In this document: positions 1-22,300 of the stretch, one piece after another | How positions within the stretch are numbered: the first letter of the stretch is position 1 | How the letters are laid out: each line of letters opens with the position of its first letter | Source of the DNA: Tubulanus polymorphus | Lineage: Eukaryota; Animalia; Nemertea | Assembly: GCF_964204645.1 (NCBI RefSeq) | Contig: NC_134031.1 | Span: forward strand, 13,131,807-13,195,806 | Direction of reading: 5' to 3' | DNA length: 64,000 bases | Program-made: the position numbers and the translations under genes | Notes under the pieces: generated by a model | Told to the model about the DNA's origin: nothing | What the model saw: the letters and a program-made list of their open reading frames with translations, nothing else | Database searches by the model: none

Positions 1-229
1 TTTATTGTGAGGTACTCAAACCACATATGGCCTGAGATAGGCAAAGTACTGTTATGTCATTATGATAGGTGAAAGAGTAATACTAATCTTTTCCTCTGTG
101 CGGTGCTGATGTTCTAAGGGAAAGGCCGTCTTCGTCCATTTGTATGTCTATCAGTTATTGACGGATTAAGATGAAACTTGGTACCAATGATATGTGGACC
201 AACTTTCATTTTGTTGCTCATACGTTTAG

Positions 230-10038
<9,809 letters not shown>

Positions 10039-10135
10039 AGTTGCCAGCATATTGATCGTATAATGTTGTATATTTGTAAAATATATAAACAATTTTCTAC
10101 ATAGGGCCCATGTTTCTTCCATATCGGTATTCTTC

Positions 10136-10480
10136 GAATCCAGTTATTATGGACACTGATTCATAGCGGTCCTGATGCTGAAAAGAGGATGTATAGGGGT
10201 ATCCCCGGTTAGAACCCAGTTAATTTTGATACTTGTTTAGAATGGTGCTGATGTTGGATAGAGGATGTATAGGGGTCTGAAGTCCTAACCCAGTAATTAC
10301 TGATACTGATACAGAGTGGTCCTGATGCTGATAAAAGGATGTATAGAGGTGTCCCGGGTTCGAACCCAGTAAATTTTTAATCTGATTTAGAATGGTACTG
10401 ATGTTGAATAGAGGATGTACAGGGGTGTTCAAAGTTCAAACCCATAAACTGACGCTTATTCTGAGTGGTGCATAATGATA
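10136..10480 (+). repeat. ~75-bp tandem repeat with ABAB higher-order structure, just after the DHX16 stop
   Basis: AGGATGTA recurs at about 10186, 10262, 10336 and 10411. Confidence 0.8.
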
Positions 10481-11253
10481 ATTATTATACGATTATGAAG
10501 ATTGGCATCGGATTTCCTTTACACCAAACTCATTACAGGTATTAGAGGGACAACACAATAATTACTGATTTAATGACATGACAGAAAAATGACAAATTCA
10601 TTACCGGGTACAAAAATAAAAGAGAACTAAAATAGGGCTATACAAAGGAGATATTCAAATGAAACACTACGCCAAAATACTAATGAGAGCAATCATTCAG
10701 CAGACAAATGAAATTTTTTGATTAGTTTGTTCTACAAGATACGACAAGATCTTGAGATGAGGAATAAGGTCAATAAGGACATTTTCAACACAATTACAAA
10801 CATTCGGGACCTCAGCAAAAGATTATCTTTCGAACACAAGGGACGGACAATGAATTATATATCTCTAGTGGCAGTAGTATAAAGATGGGAGTCTCAGTTA
10901 ATAGACCTAATTGCAAGATCAAGTGGTAAATCAAAAGTACTTTTGGGGTGCAACTGACTGAAACTACGCATGAATAAAATGAAGACATATGCACCCATAC
11001 AAATTATCACAGGGGCTATCTGTTATCTCAACTCGATTGAGTTTCTTAGCTATACATGTGACACTGGATGTGATTTATTTATTCTCTAATGCTCAGTACA
11101 AGAGCACATGCATAACAACTGCCTTACAGAATGACCACCAAGGTATGTATATGTACAGGTGGATATCCATAAACCAATCAAGAGCCGCCACGATTTAAGA
11201 TTCTATCACGGGTGAAACCCAGATGGCCTGATCAGGGAGGAACGACGTGGTTA

Positions 11254-11633
11254 TAGTGGAACCTCATTACAACGAACCTTAGGGGACTAGAAGTTGAATA
11301 TGTTATAACCGATACTTCGTTATTTTCAGTATGAAATTTGTCAAATTGTCCTCTTTGGGAAGAAAATCTAGGTTTGTTATTACTGATAAATCGTTATATC
11401 AGAGGTTGCTATAACGAGGTTTCTACCATATATTGAAATTGTTTTCACTAAGGCACATTCATAACTAGTGGAACCTCATTAGAATGAACTCGGATACGAT
11501 TCATCGGATATAACAAATATAGAATTCAGTCTCACTTAAGATTTATTTAATTTCATACTGAATATAATACACCATCAGTTTTAACGAACATATTATCTGG
11601 TCCTTTGAAGTTCGCTGTAACAAGGTTCCACTG
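11254..11633. mobile_element. Two adjacent Tc1/mariner-type MITEs
   Basis: AGTGGAACCTCATTA...AACGAGGTTT and GGTTCCACTG termini; related termini at 13637-14050 and 16612-17410. Confidence 0.55.
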
Positions 11634-12007
11634 TTTTCAATATTTCTATGAAAGTATTCAATGTGAACGTTATTGTTATCGCCAGTGTTTAGACCCATGC
11701 GCACATTTTTGGTTGAAACTGGGTAATGTTTATTAGTCAAGACAACTTAAGTATGATCAGTTTTAACCCTTTCGCTGGGGGCATGAATGATTGACAGCGA
11801 GGATGCACCAAGATTGTATCATGAATTTGAACTGAACGTTTCTAGTGTGCACCAACTACATTCATTGTAGGCCTACAATTGACTTAACTTTGGAGCGGCC
11901 GTCAGCATCACCATGAAGCCTGCCAGTTCCGATCACTAGGCAAAAAATTCGGAATGTTCGTGATAAATGCAAATTAATCAAAAAGACATGTTTGTGATTT
12001 AATCAGA

Positions 12008-12013
12008 TTTTAT
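12008..12013 (-). promoter_or_regulatory. Candidate distal polyadenylation signal of eIF4G (would give a ~4.1-kb 3' UTR)
   Basis: AATAAA on the minus strand at the end of a U-rich, repeat-poor block (12000-13000); not confirmed by transcript data. Confidence 0.35.
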
Positions 12014-13054
12014 TTACACATTTTCTTATCAGACAAGTTGTATCAACCAAGGTCCCTATTTGACTAGGGTTGATATCGCAATGTTTTTGTTTTTTTTTCC
12101 ATATATTTCACGTTTTCGTACAGTTTATTGTTAGACCTCACCCCCTTTAAGGAGAGAGGCAACAACAACAAAAAATACATATAATTATTAGGTTTTATCA
12201 TCATCATCACATAATAGTCTCTTGCACACATTTCTCAATCAACAGTAGTGCATAATGTTATAGACGCATGGTTTTTTTTTTATTTGAGAATAACTATATC
12301 AGTGAAAGATAATCAGTCGCATTTTCGATTTTTTCTTCTTAATACACACTTTGAGAAGTTCACATCTAAGCGATGAACAGTTGAAGTTTTATTTAATACC
12401 GTCATAATCGCGAAGAAAAAATATCGACATGACTTCGCAAGAATACAATACCTAACCCACAGAACAAGTTAAATCATCACAACCACTTCCCCTCAAATGA
12501 ATTTACCCATGATTACTACATTATCTTTACACCTTTTCATCATTTTTTTTTGAAACAAGTTTTTTTTTCTTGCTTTAATTTCAATGCTATTTATGCCGAC
12601 GATTCCAGTCTATATAAAATGCTGCAAATATATTTTATAATTCATCGTTGAAGCATAAGCTGTTTCTTAGCACCATATGCCATTTTAAGTATTTACAAGA
12701 AATGACAACACACATCAGCCATCACGCATGCAACATGAAAAATCAACAAAACGACGTTAGATGTAAACATCACTGGGCATTAGCAAGTCCCACCACTACC
12801 ACAAAGCAATACCAATACAGCATCTAATGCCAATTAGGTAAAAGAAATGAACTCCATCAACTCCTTGGTACCAGCGCCCAAATCAGTGAATTTAACAAAA
12901 TCTATAGTTCACTTAACGCAATTTGCAGCTCAGTATCCAGTCAACTCTGCGATATATTTACAGTCCTGAAGCTACAAAGTAAGGCCAAGTTAGATGCTGT
13001 ATATACTAAGTTTAGTCAGCAACGTAATGATGGTGCCAGCTATGACAACTTAAC

Positions 13055-13375
13055 AATAATTATTTTAGTAGCGCTGGAATTCCCCGTATATCTCAGAAAC
13101 AGCCAGTCACATTCGCTCGTAGAGGCGACGCCCCCAATCGAGGTCATTGCAATTTTATACGCTAGAGCTAAGAATTTTCCCGCCAAAAACCGTTTTTCGT
13201 CGCATGTAAACAAAGTTGACCATGTCATCGACGGAGGTTCGTCATGTCTTCAATCGATTATGCGCCGTTTAACCCGAGAACCAATGAAAAAAATGCACAC
13301 AAAAAAAATGTACCGCGATTTTACATGAATTGGCTCAATGCCAACCTTATACTGCTGACAAAGGTAAACCAAAAA
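13055..13375. repeat. Dispersed repeat, near-identical to 56415-56730 and inverted relative to 6800-7125
   Basis: Shared GACCATGTCATCGACGGAGGTTCGTCATGTCTTCAATCGATTATGCGCCG block. Confidence 0.85.
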
Positions 13376-14127
13376 ATAATGGAATGAAGCGATCCAACTT
13401 ATACAAACTCTACTTTAATGAAAATCTGGCCATCGTTAAAATGAGATTCAGGATATTTTCATATGCATATGCATGAAAAACATATGGACATGATCAATGA
13501 GGAAGGAGTCAATTGAATAAAATCCACGATGCAGTGGTGATATTTTTGAGACTGGATGAAAGAGTAATGGTGCATTGCATTGTAGTTGGTAGGACTGTGC
13601 AGCTGTCCAGTACTATAGGTATGGACGAACTTTAACTACAGACAATCCCGCTTAAATTGGATCTGATGGGAACAACAAAATATCTGAAAAGTGAAATCCA
13701 ATTTTAAAAGATATCCTCAACTGTTGCTATGATTCATTCTCAGCGAGTTAATCCACCATGCCAGGAAAATTGGTGAAGATCAAAAATATGCTGGCAGATT
13801 CCTTCTTAAGCATCTGAAAATTTCAGTAAAATAAAACTATCAGACTTGAAATGATACTACTATTTAGATGAATGGAAACTGAATATTAGAAACATAGAAA
13901 GCAACGACTTGTCCAAAAATCTCACCTTTTTTTACGACTTAAATCGAAATAGTTATAGGTTTTATCGAATGAAATAATCAGTCACTGAATTACCAAACAA
14001 CATATGTCAAAATCTGAGGTATCCCAATCCAATTTAAGCCGACTTGACTATATATTCGGTTGTTAGAAATAACACTTCAAAAGTTTTTACATACTTACAA
14101 AAAAAACCCAACTAACTAACACTTCTG

Positions 14128-14270
14128 GGCCTAGCTGCACAGTCATGGCTTAAATTCAAGACGAGTCTTAGACCAACTAAGTTCTATAGCCAGTCTAATA
14201 ACTTAAAAAGACCAGTCTTAAGACCACTTATGGACTTTAAGACCACTAGTCACGACTGTGCAACTGGGCC
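14128..14270. mobile_element. PIF/Harbinger-like MITE
   Basis: CTG|GGCCTAGCTGCACAGTCATG...CACGACTGTGCAACTGGGCC|CTG, 3-bp TSD. Confidence 0.75.
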
Positions 14271-16137
14271 CTGATAACTAAACAATTATTCAAAATGACG
14301 AATAATGGCTCAAAGAAGGCTCTTACAAATACAAACAACGCCATCTATTGAACAAATAATTCAAGAGCCTCATTATTCATTCTTAATATATCCTCATAAG
14401 ATCACTATATATTCTATAAGTTAATATATCTTAATATCTAGACATTGTTCTTTTGAGCCTGGGCCTTAAAAACTAAGTCATACCGCTGGAAGATCATGCT
14501 TAGTGTGTCCTGTACAATTACATTATCAGGAACCAGTCCTTTGTCAACAGTTATCCAAACTGTCTTACCAGCTGGACACTAGTCCACACTAAGCAAAACC
14601 AAACAAGGGGCAATAAAATCTAACTTATGTACAATACTGAAGTGACATAATTTTAGGGAGGGATGCGTTACATCATTTGTTCAGCGTTCTACCAGTGCTT
14701 GTATACATTCATTATGTACACTACATCCCACACGAAAACAGGTGTACAATTGGTAACACTCATAAATCAATTATATTCATGTTCTTTAATTTTTTCGTCA
14801 TTGATTGAAACTAGCACATGTAGATCACCCTTGTGAAAAGACTTAAAATATACTGGCACAGGGATTCAACTGTGAAGTGAATATCATTCTTACTTCGAAC
14901 AACCTCACATAATACACGTAATAACACTTTGTTCTCAGATTTTCAGTAATTGTAATGTAATGCAAAGTTAAGGCATCAGCACTAATTCAATTGATTCCAT
15001 ATAAACTGGTTTAATCATCTATTACATTGAAATCATATCCCAATGTAACTAAATTTCGATACTTGTTTTACTCTCAAAAGACCTATTCGGCTATCATTTT
15101 TCTTATATATTTCTCTTTAACTGAGAGGCTGTTTGCACTAAATCTAAGTTTGTTACTACATGGTTTGTTCGCAATGGTGATCTACAAATGGTGCTTTACA
15201 TAGCATAAAATTTCAATGTTTCCTCTGAAAAATTGTTTAATTGATGCATTAAAGCCTTTTCATCGATCAGTTTTACATACATAAGACGCATCTATGAATT
15301 ACCGCAAGCCCAGTCTGAGTACTAGGCACAAATGTGAATGTATTCCAGGTTCAATCCATTAAGTGCTTGTTATTCCGTCAGAACCTGGACATTGAACATT
15401 TCTGCAACAGTTGAAATTATCCAAAGCCTATTTGTTTCAGTTTTTAAGCTTTTTTTCAAATGTGTGGTTCATGTGTTGTCATCTAATCATTGAATGATTT
15501 TAAGTGTCTTATCGACTGACATACGCTCGCAAGGATTTCCACAGTCGCAAATGAATATATCCCAGTTTCTAAGTATTGAACAGACACGCGTAGAAATATC
15601 GCAGAATACTTGGACAAATCCTCGAAATATGATTCTAGATGATAAGAGCTAGTCAAGAGTTCACTCCCCCAAGTGAAAAGACCATTCTATACCAAATCTA
15701 GTTTCATTATGATTTCACACTAATCCAGCGCACAGTTCACTCCCCCAAGTGATTTGCACTATGAAAAACTCAAGTTTCACTCAGTTCACAGAGATTTCTT
15801 TGATCTCCACACATCCAGGGCTATATATGGGTAAAATCCTTGCGCATACGCATTGCATTTGTAGAACCAGTAACGCTTACATTCCTCGCTGTTTAAACAA
15901 ATATATACACCTCGTGCCTTTTAAACATACTTTTCACAGCCATAAGGGTACGGTACGTTCACCAAGAGCCCACTTCATTAGCTAGATAAGAAATAATCGA
16001 TTAAAAGATGGCGCCACAATAATTCTTTTAACCGATTAATAATTAATGTCGTTTTATATTCATATTCATATAAATTTGTTATCACGATTATTCACGCACG
16101 CTCGCACTCGCGCATCTAATTTAGACTTGAACGTTCG

Positions 16138-16328
16138 TTAACTATCTTCTTTTGATTCCTCGTCGGCATCAGTCTCTTGCAGCCAAGTGAAGAAACGCAC
16201 AACGGACTTGAACGCGACGCCCTTTCCCTCCTGTTCGGCAGGGTCTTTCGATGATTCCCACTGATAGAATGCGTCTTCGGATATCACATCTTCGTCATAC
16301 AACGTATCAAAGAATGTTTGCAGTAGAT
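16138..16328 (-). CDS. EIF4G: eIF4G terminal coding exon (W2 acidic/aromatic boxes)
   Basis: [47 protein letters not shown]...TAA. Confidence 0.96.
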
Positions 16329-19300
16329 CTGAAATTAAATAGAAATCTAACTTGAGTGATTCTACTGGATTGTGGTCATCACAAAATATGATGATATCGT
16401 AATACAGCTGGAACCTCGTTCTAAAAACATCAAAACCAACAAATCATCAATTGTTACGTATGAAAAAAAAAATCCCCGACCAAATCCTTCACATTTACAG
16501 TTAAATATCATTAGAAACATTGCCACCGTTTTGTAACGAACTTTCGGTTACAACGTCCTAGGGGCAGTTACTCAAAGCTTGCTTAAAAAATTACCAGCAG
16601 ATAAATACCATGTCAACCTCGGTTAAAGTGCTTATTCCATATAAATAAATTGGTCCCGTTTTTCAGTAACGTTATTCCCTTTAAAATTCTGTGTCAAATT
16701 TGTACTCCATAATCCGTATTTTCACTTATTGCATAGACAAATGGATGGTCCCATTGCCCAATTTATATGTAAATCCTATGTGTAATCGGTATCAGGTCAG
16801 CTGTTGGGAACATACACTTAAAGAAAAAAAAAAGTATAATCTAATGAGGTTAATGTGGTCAGTAGGAAATATGAGAATCTCAAGAAAACACTCAAGTTAA
16901 TCCATCAATGTCATAGTCTCAAGCTTCACTTCATAATCCATCGCTTTTACAGTAGTGAGGTGAAGTTCATTTGTGTCCAGATGCTATTATTCATCGATAA
17001 GCAAAAATCCTTTGATGAATCGCCCTCGGGTACATACGAGTTATCTGCACTAAAGACGCGCACGATGGCTCAAAGAGTCCTACTTTACTGTAACCAGTTG
17101 GTTTGTGTTTCATCACACCAGTGGGTGTTCTCTTTTCATGAATAAATGATGTCAAATGGATCTAATGAACCATCGGATACAATGAACTTTTTATTCCCCC
17201 CAAAGGTTTGTTAGAACGTGGTTCTACTATGGTAGTCCACGGTTTGAGAGATAACTAAACCGGCTATCATACGGATTGTGCCCTTCAATCATAGTTTATA
17301 CGGGTTATAGTTTATTCGTATCAATTACGAATTATCTGTTATTCGTAAATCACTTAATGCATACTAAAAAGCTCAGTGAAAGTGATACGGCTTAACCGAG
17401 GTTGACTGTAGTTACAATGAACTTTTGATAGTCACTATGTCAGCTATCCACTAGTTATCTCGAATCAACTTCTGAGCAACTGCATTCCCTATGCTTTTTG
17501 AATCCTATTTCATTCGGTTCTAAGGATTGCCATCATACTTGTTCACTCATTATCAGGTTTGAATGGAGAAACGCATGTTTATTTGTCTTTGGTTTGCTAT
17601 AATGATATTGTAATGGATGTAGGTTTTAAGTACTAAGATCACAGCTACGGCTATAAAGCAATGATCAACTCTCACAAAACCTTGAAGTTACAACTCTATG
17701 GAAAACTCGGAACTAAAACAGCTCAAATCATCCAGGAAGTTGTGACTGTTTCATTTCCCACAGGCGTAACACCAACACGTATACTGGATAAATAATGGTC
17801 AGTTGACTAACTTGTGGGAAAGATTCTAACAATCATTGATCGTATTCGAAATAATACTTACAAGACGGATGTTCAAGTTTATGTACTAATGCTTGTAGTA
17901 ATGGACATAGTCTGATATTGTAATGGATGTAGGTTTTAAGTACTAAGATCACAGCTACGGCTATAAAGCAATGATCAACTCTCACAAAACCTTTAAGTTA
18001 CAACTCAATGGAAAACTTGGAACTAAAACAGCTCAAATCATCCAGGAAGCTGTGACTGTTTCATTTCCCACAGGCGTAACACCAACACGTATACTGAATA
18101 AATAACGGTCAGTTGACTAACTTGTGGAAAAGATCTTCCCAATGATTGATCGTATTCGAAATAATACTTACGAGATGGATGTTCAAGTTTATGTACTAAT
18201 GCTTGTAGTAATGGACATAGTCTGATATTGTAATGGATGTAGGTTTTAAGTACTAAGATCACAGCTACGGCTATAAAGCAATGATCAACTCTCACAAAAC
18301 CTTTAAGTTACAACTCTATGGAAAACTTGGAACTAAAACAGCTCAAATCATCCAGGAAGCTGTGACTGTTTCATTTCCCACAGGCGTAACACCAACACGT
18401 ATACTGGATAAATAACGGTCAGTTGACTAACTTGTGGAAAAGATTCTAACAATGACTCATATTCTTAATACTTACAAGATGGATGTTCAAGTTTATGTAC
18501 TAATGCTTGTAGTGCATAGAGTGATTGCAGCTCCAATTCAGGTGAATGATCAAGATATTTTTGTAGTAGGTCTGAACGCTTTTTCAGGACCTGTTCATCC
18601 ATCTTTGACGATGTTCCAGATCCTACAAGATGATTAAGAAATATATGTATCTTAAAAACCACAACAAAAAACAGGCTCATGTTTGAAAAAAGAATTTCTT
18701 AACGACCTCCCCAACCTTTGAAAATCATTTTCAGGAATGAAATTCTGATTTTCAAGAAAATGAACCTTCTTTCCAGAACATTTACTGGACGGACGGCGAT
18801 GGATAATCCCCCTAACCCTTCAGCTCTGATGACCTTCGGTCACAGCGGAGCTAAAAAGTTGCTTCGATTTTCTACGAATGTTTTAAATACTAAGATCATG
18901 GCTATGACAATAAAGCAATGATTAAAGGTCAAGTGCCCTCTAATTCCTACTTTTTGAGATAAACTTTCCAAATGGTACTTAAGAATATAAATGACGACCT
19001 GGGATCAGCCTTATTGAAAAAATCACTTATTTGTCTTAAATCAGTAAAATTAAATAACTGGATCATTGACCTATATAGCGTATGCCACTCGGCCGCAGCC
19101 GCGTGTCAGCGCCACATTCATGCGTCATCTTTGCCAAACAAACATACATGTGTGTGAACTCAGTACTCATAGCCTCTATATAAAATCTATAAGACAATAT
19201 CATTCCTTCACTATATTCACAGCTCTACTGCTGGCTATCCATTGTGTGTTTGTTGTGTTATGTATAACAGTATCAACGCTCTACATCAGAAAGAATTTAG

Positions 19301-22300
19301 GAATCTTAACAACTTCTGAAAGGATTAAATACGCTACCAATGGTGATCATGCGGTGCGGGATTAGGGACTGGAAACTGTTGGATTATTTCAGACGTACAT
19401 TGCTTATTTCACCACCGATTGTTTTAAAATCTATCTCATAAAGCTAAGTTTATTGTTTTAAATCAAAACCATTAGTTTGCCATAGCTTTGGTATTCATAA
19501 AGTCCACCGAAAGTTTGCTATTGTTCAGTAGTACAACGTGCGTGGAAATGTGTGTCAGCGATCGTGAGTTCTTCAAAGCCAATGCGCACCTGCTGTGTAC
19601 TGCAAACTGGTGAAAATAGCCGACTTTATATCTTATTTCTCAGTAATGGCTTTACTAAAATCAGAATTAGTAACACACTAATCATTTATACACATATCAT
19701 ATTTAGAAAATAGGTTTTATACAATATTCTATTTCCAGGGCACTTGACCTTTAACTCTCATTAAACATTTAAGTAACATTCCATGAAAAAATTATTTATA
19801 ACTAAAACAGTTCAAATTATCCAGGAAGTTGTGATTGTTAATTTGCCAACAAGTCTAACACAAACGCATATACTCAATCTACGGTCCGTTGAATAGATTG
19901 TGGAGTTGAGCAGTATGACCATTCATCATACCTTTAATGGCACTGGTGCAAACTTCTGTCATCAAAACACGGACAAAATCTTTTTCTTTACATTTTGGCT
20001 CTCCAACATGCTCCTAAAACAGAATTAAGGAAAAGTTAAGAATTTATACCATGGATTTTTAAAATACAATATCTTCTTGTAAAATTATTCTAAAGCACCG
20101 ATTGCTGCTCACCTCTATCCAGTCAAAGACGTTTTCATTTGGAGCACCTTTGGTGAGCAATTTACGTAGTTCCTGACTGATCTGATCTAACGGCATTGGA
20201 CCAGCTGGCTTATGCTGTTCTGTACAACATGTGAACTCCAGATCCTACAATTACCAGAGCGACAGGAATGAAAATTGGGGTCATAGAATAATATCAGAAA
20301 TTAATGATCCTATTAGGTCATATCGGTGCTAAGCAACAGCTTTGAGTGTGTAAGGCACAAAGCCCATCCCCCAGAAAATTGTGAAAATTAGTTCATTAAG
20401 GGGGTTTAACTTAAGTAAAATACCTCCTAAAAGAATAACCACCATATAAAATTGAAGCCGCAATTTTTGCTTAAAGAAGGTGTAACTAGGGGTCCAAATA
20501 CGCCATGCTCAATTGGTCAATGCTTGACAATCTGGCATTTCAATTTTCAATATCCCCTAGTGAACATCTACATTAATCAATGCGCTTGAAACTCACCATA
20601 ACCATAGAGCATGGCATGAGCTACAATTGATTGTGGATACAATACAGACTAGGGGTCCAGGGACACCATGCCCACTTGGCAATGGTTTCAAATGCTCAAA
20701 AATCTAACAACTTCAATATTCAACGCCCCTGGTGACCATATACAAAACCCAATGACCTTGAAACTAACCACAATCATAGAACATGTCAGCAGCTACGATT
20801 TTGTAATTGATTGTGATAACAAAATATGCCTTGTTACCTATTTAATATGGAATTACTAAGTTATTCTACTATTCAACACCCCCTGGTGGCCATATTCAAA
20901 ACCCAATGTCCTTGAAACTCACCACAATCGTTGAACATGTCATGAGCTACGACATTGCAACTGGTCATGGTAACAAAATATGCCTAGGTACCAATATAAT
21001 AAGGAAATACTCAGTTATTTTACAATTCAATGCCCCCTAGTGACCATATAAATAACTAATGTCCTTGAAACTCACCACAATCATAGATGATTTGATGTGC
21101 TACAAGTTTGCAATTGATTGTGGTAACAAAATATGCATTGGTACAAATATAATAAAGAAATACTAGGATATTGTATTAGTCAATGCCCCCTGGTGGTCAT
21201 ATACAAAAACCAATGACCTTGAACATCACCAAAATCATAGAACACGTTATGGGCTACAACTTTCTAATAGATTGTGGTAACAAATTGGTGGTACAATAAC
21301 CACACTCAAACGTGGTGAACAGATGATAAGATAAAAACCCACTATTTACAAATTAAAAGAAAAAGATAATTCATTAATTGGAACAATCTAAAATATAAGA
21401 ACACGACATTTCGATCTCACACTAGAAATCATCGTCAGGTGTGAGATATTGACTAAAAACAGGGGTATATATACAGAGGAGAACAGGTAAATTGAGTAAA
21501 TTGGTGAATGAGTAACAAATTAGTGTTTGGCAAGGCATGAAGTAATATACTTAGAAAGAAGGGAATTGTGAGGAGAAAAGCCATTACTTAAATTGGTACT
21601 AATATCTGAGTGACGAGTAATTAGAGCAGACTCAACTATGTGGCGTTTAGTGTAATTGCTGGAAGTATAAATAATTTTCGGCTTTATCAAAATAAAAACG
21701 ATGACCAGTGTTCCAAACGTGATTGGCTACGCCACTAGCCGGTTTTTGATTTATTATATCCTTTTTGAGTTCTGAAATTCCAGTTTTTAAATTGTGTCTG
21801 GTCGTTTTCTCGCGACTCTTGAGTCCCGAAATTGTTCCCGGTGGCAAATATTGCCACCACCGTATTCATCTCTCCTTTTACTCATGAAATAACTATCGTA
21901 AACTATCATGTACACTACCGTTCGAAAAAGGACCATATTATCTTGACTCGGTGAAGTATCTACGAATGTCATCGTCTTTAGGCGACACGAGCTGTAGTTT
22001 GTTAGATGAACCGATCTCGCCGGTTTCCTGATTTCCGGTCCGACTACATGGCCGCTCGATAAGCAGGAGAGTTTAAGTTTCTACGCCGACGTCTTGTTAT
22101 TATCACCATAACATATCACCTTAGTATTTAGTCACAGAATTAACGTTCTTAGATAACTATCGATATTACAAACCTAGATGATTTTGGCACCTTCGTGTCA
22201 TTAATCTTTACGAACCAACAATCTAACACGAATTTCATACCATTAGAAAGTACAAGTTTCAAGCTTTTTAATGGTATATTACATAGATAAGAAGACAATG

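Noticed and set aside
10136-10480. Functional tRNA genes or a CRISPR-like array
   Set aside because: No cloverleaf or acceptor stem; whole units are homologous, with no unique spacers; eukaryotic context
18038-18295. 85-aa ORF containing [12 protein letters not shown], suggesting a second eIF4G copy
   Set aside because: Only about 12 codons match; explained by the 310-bp tandem duplication
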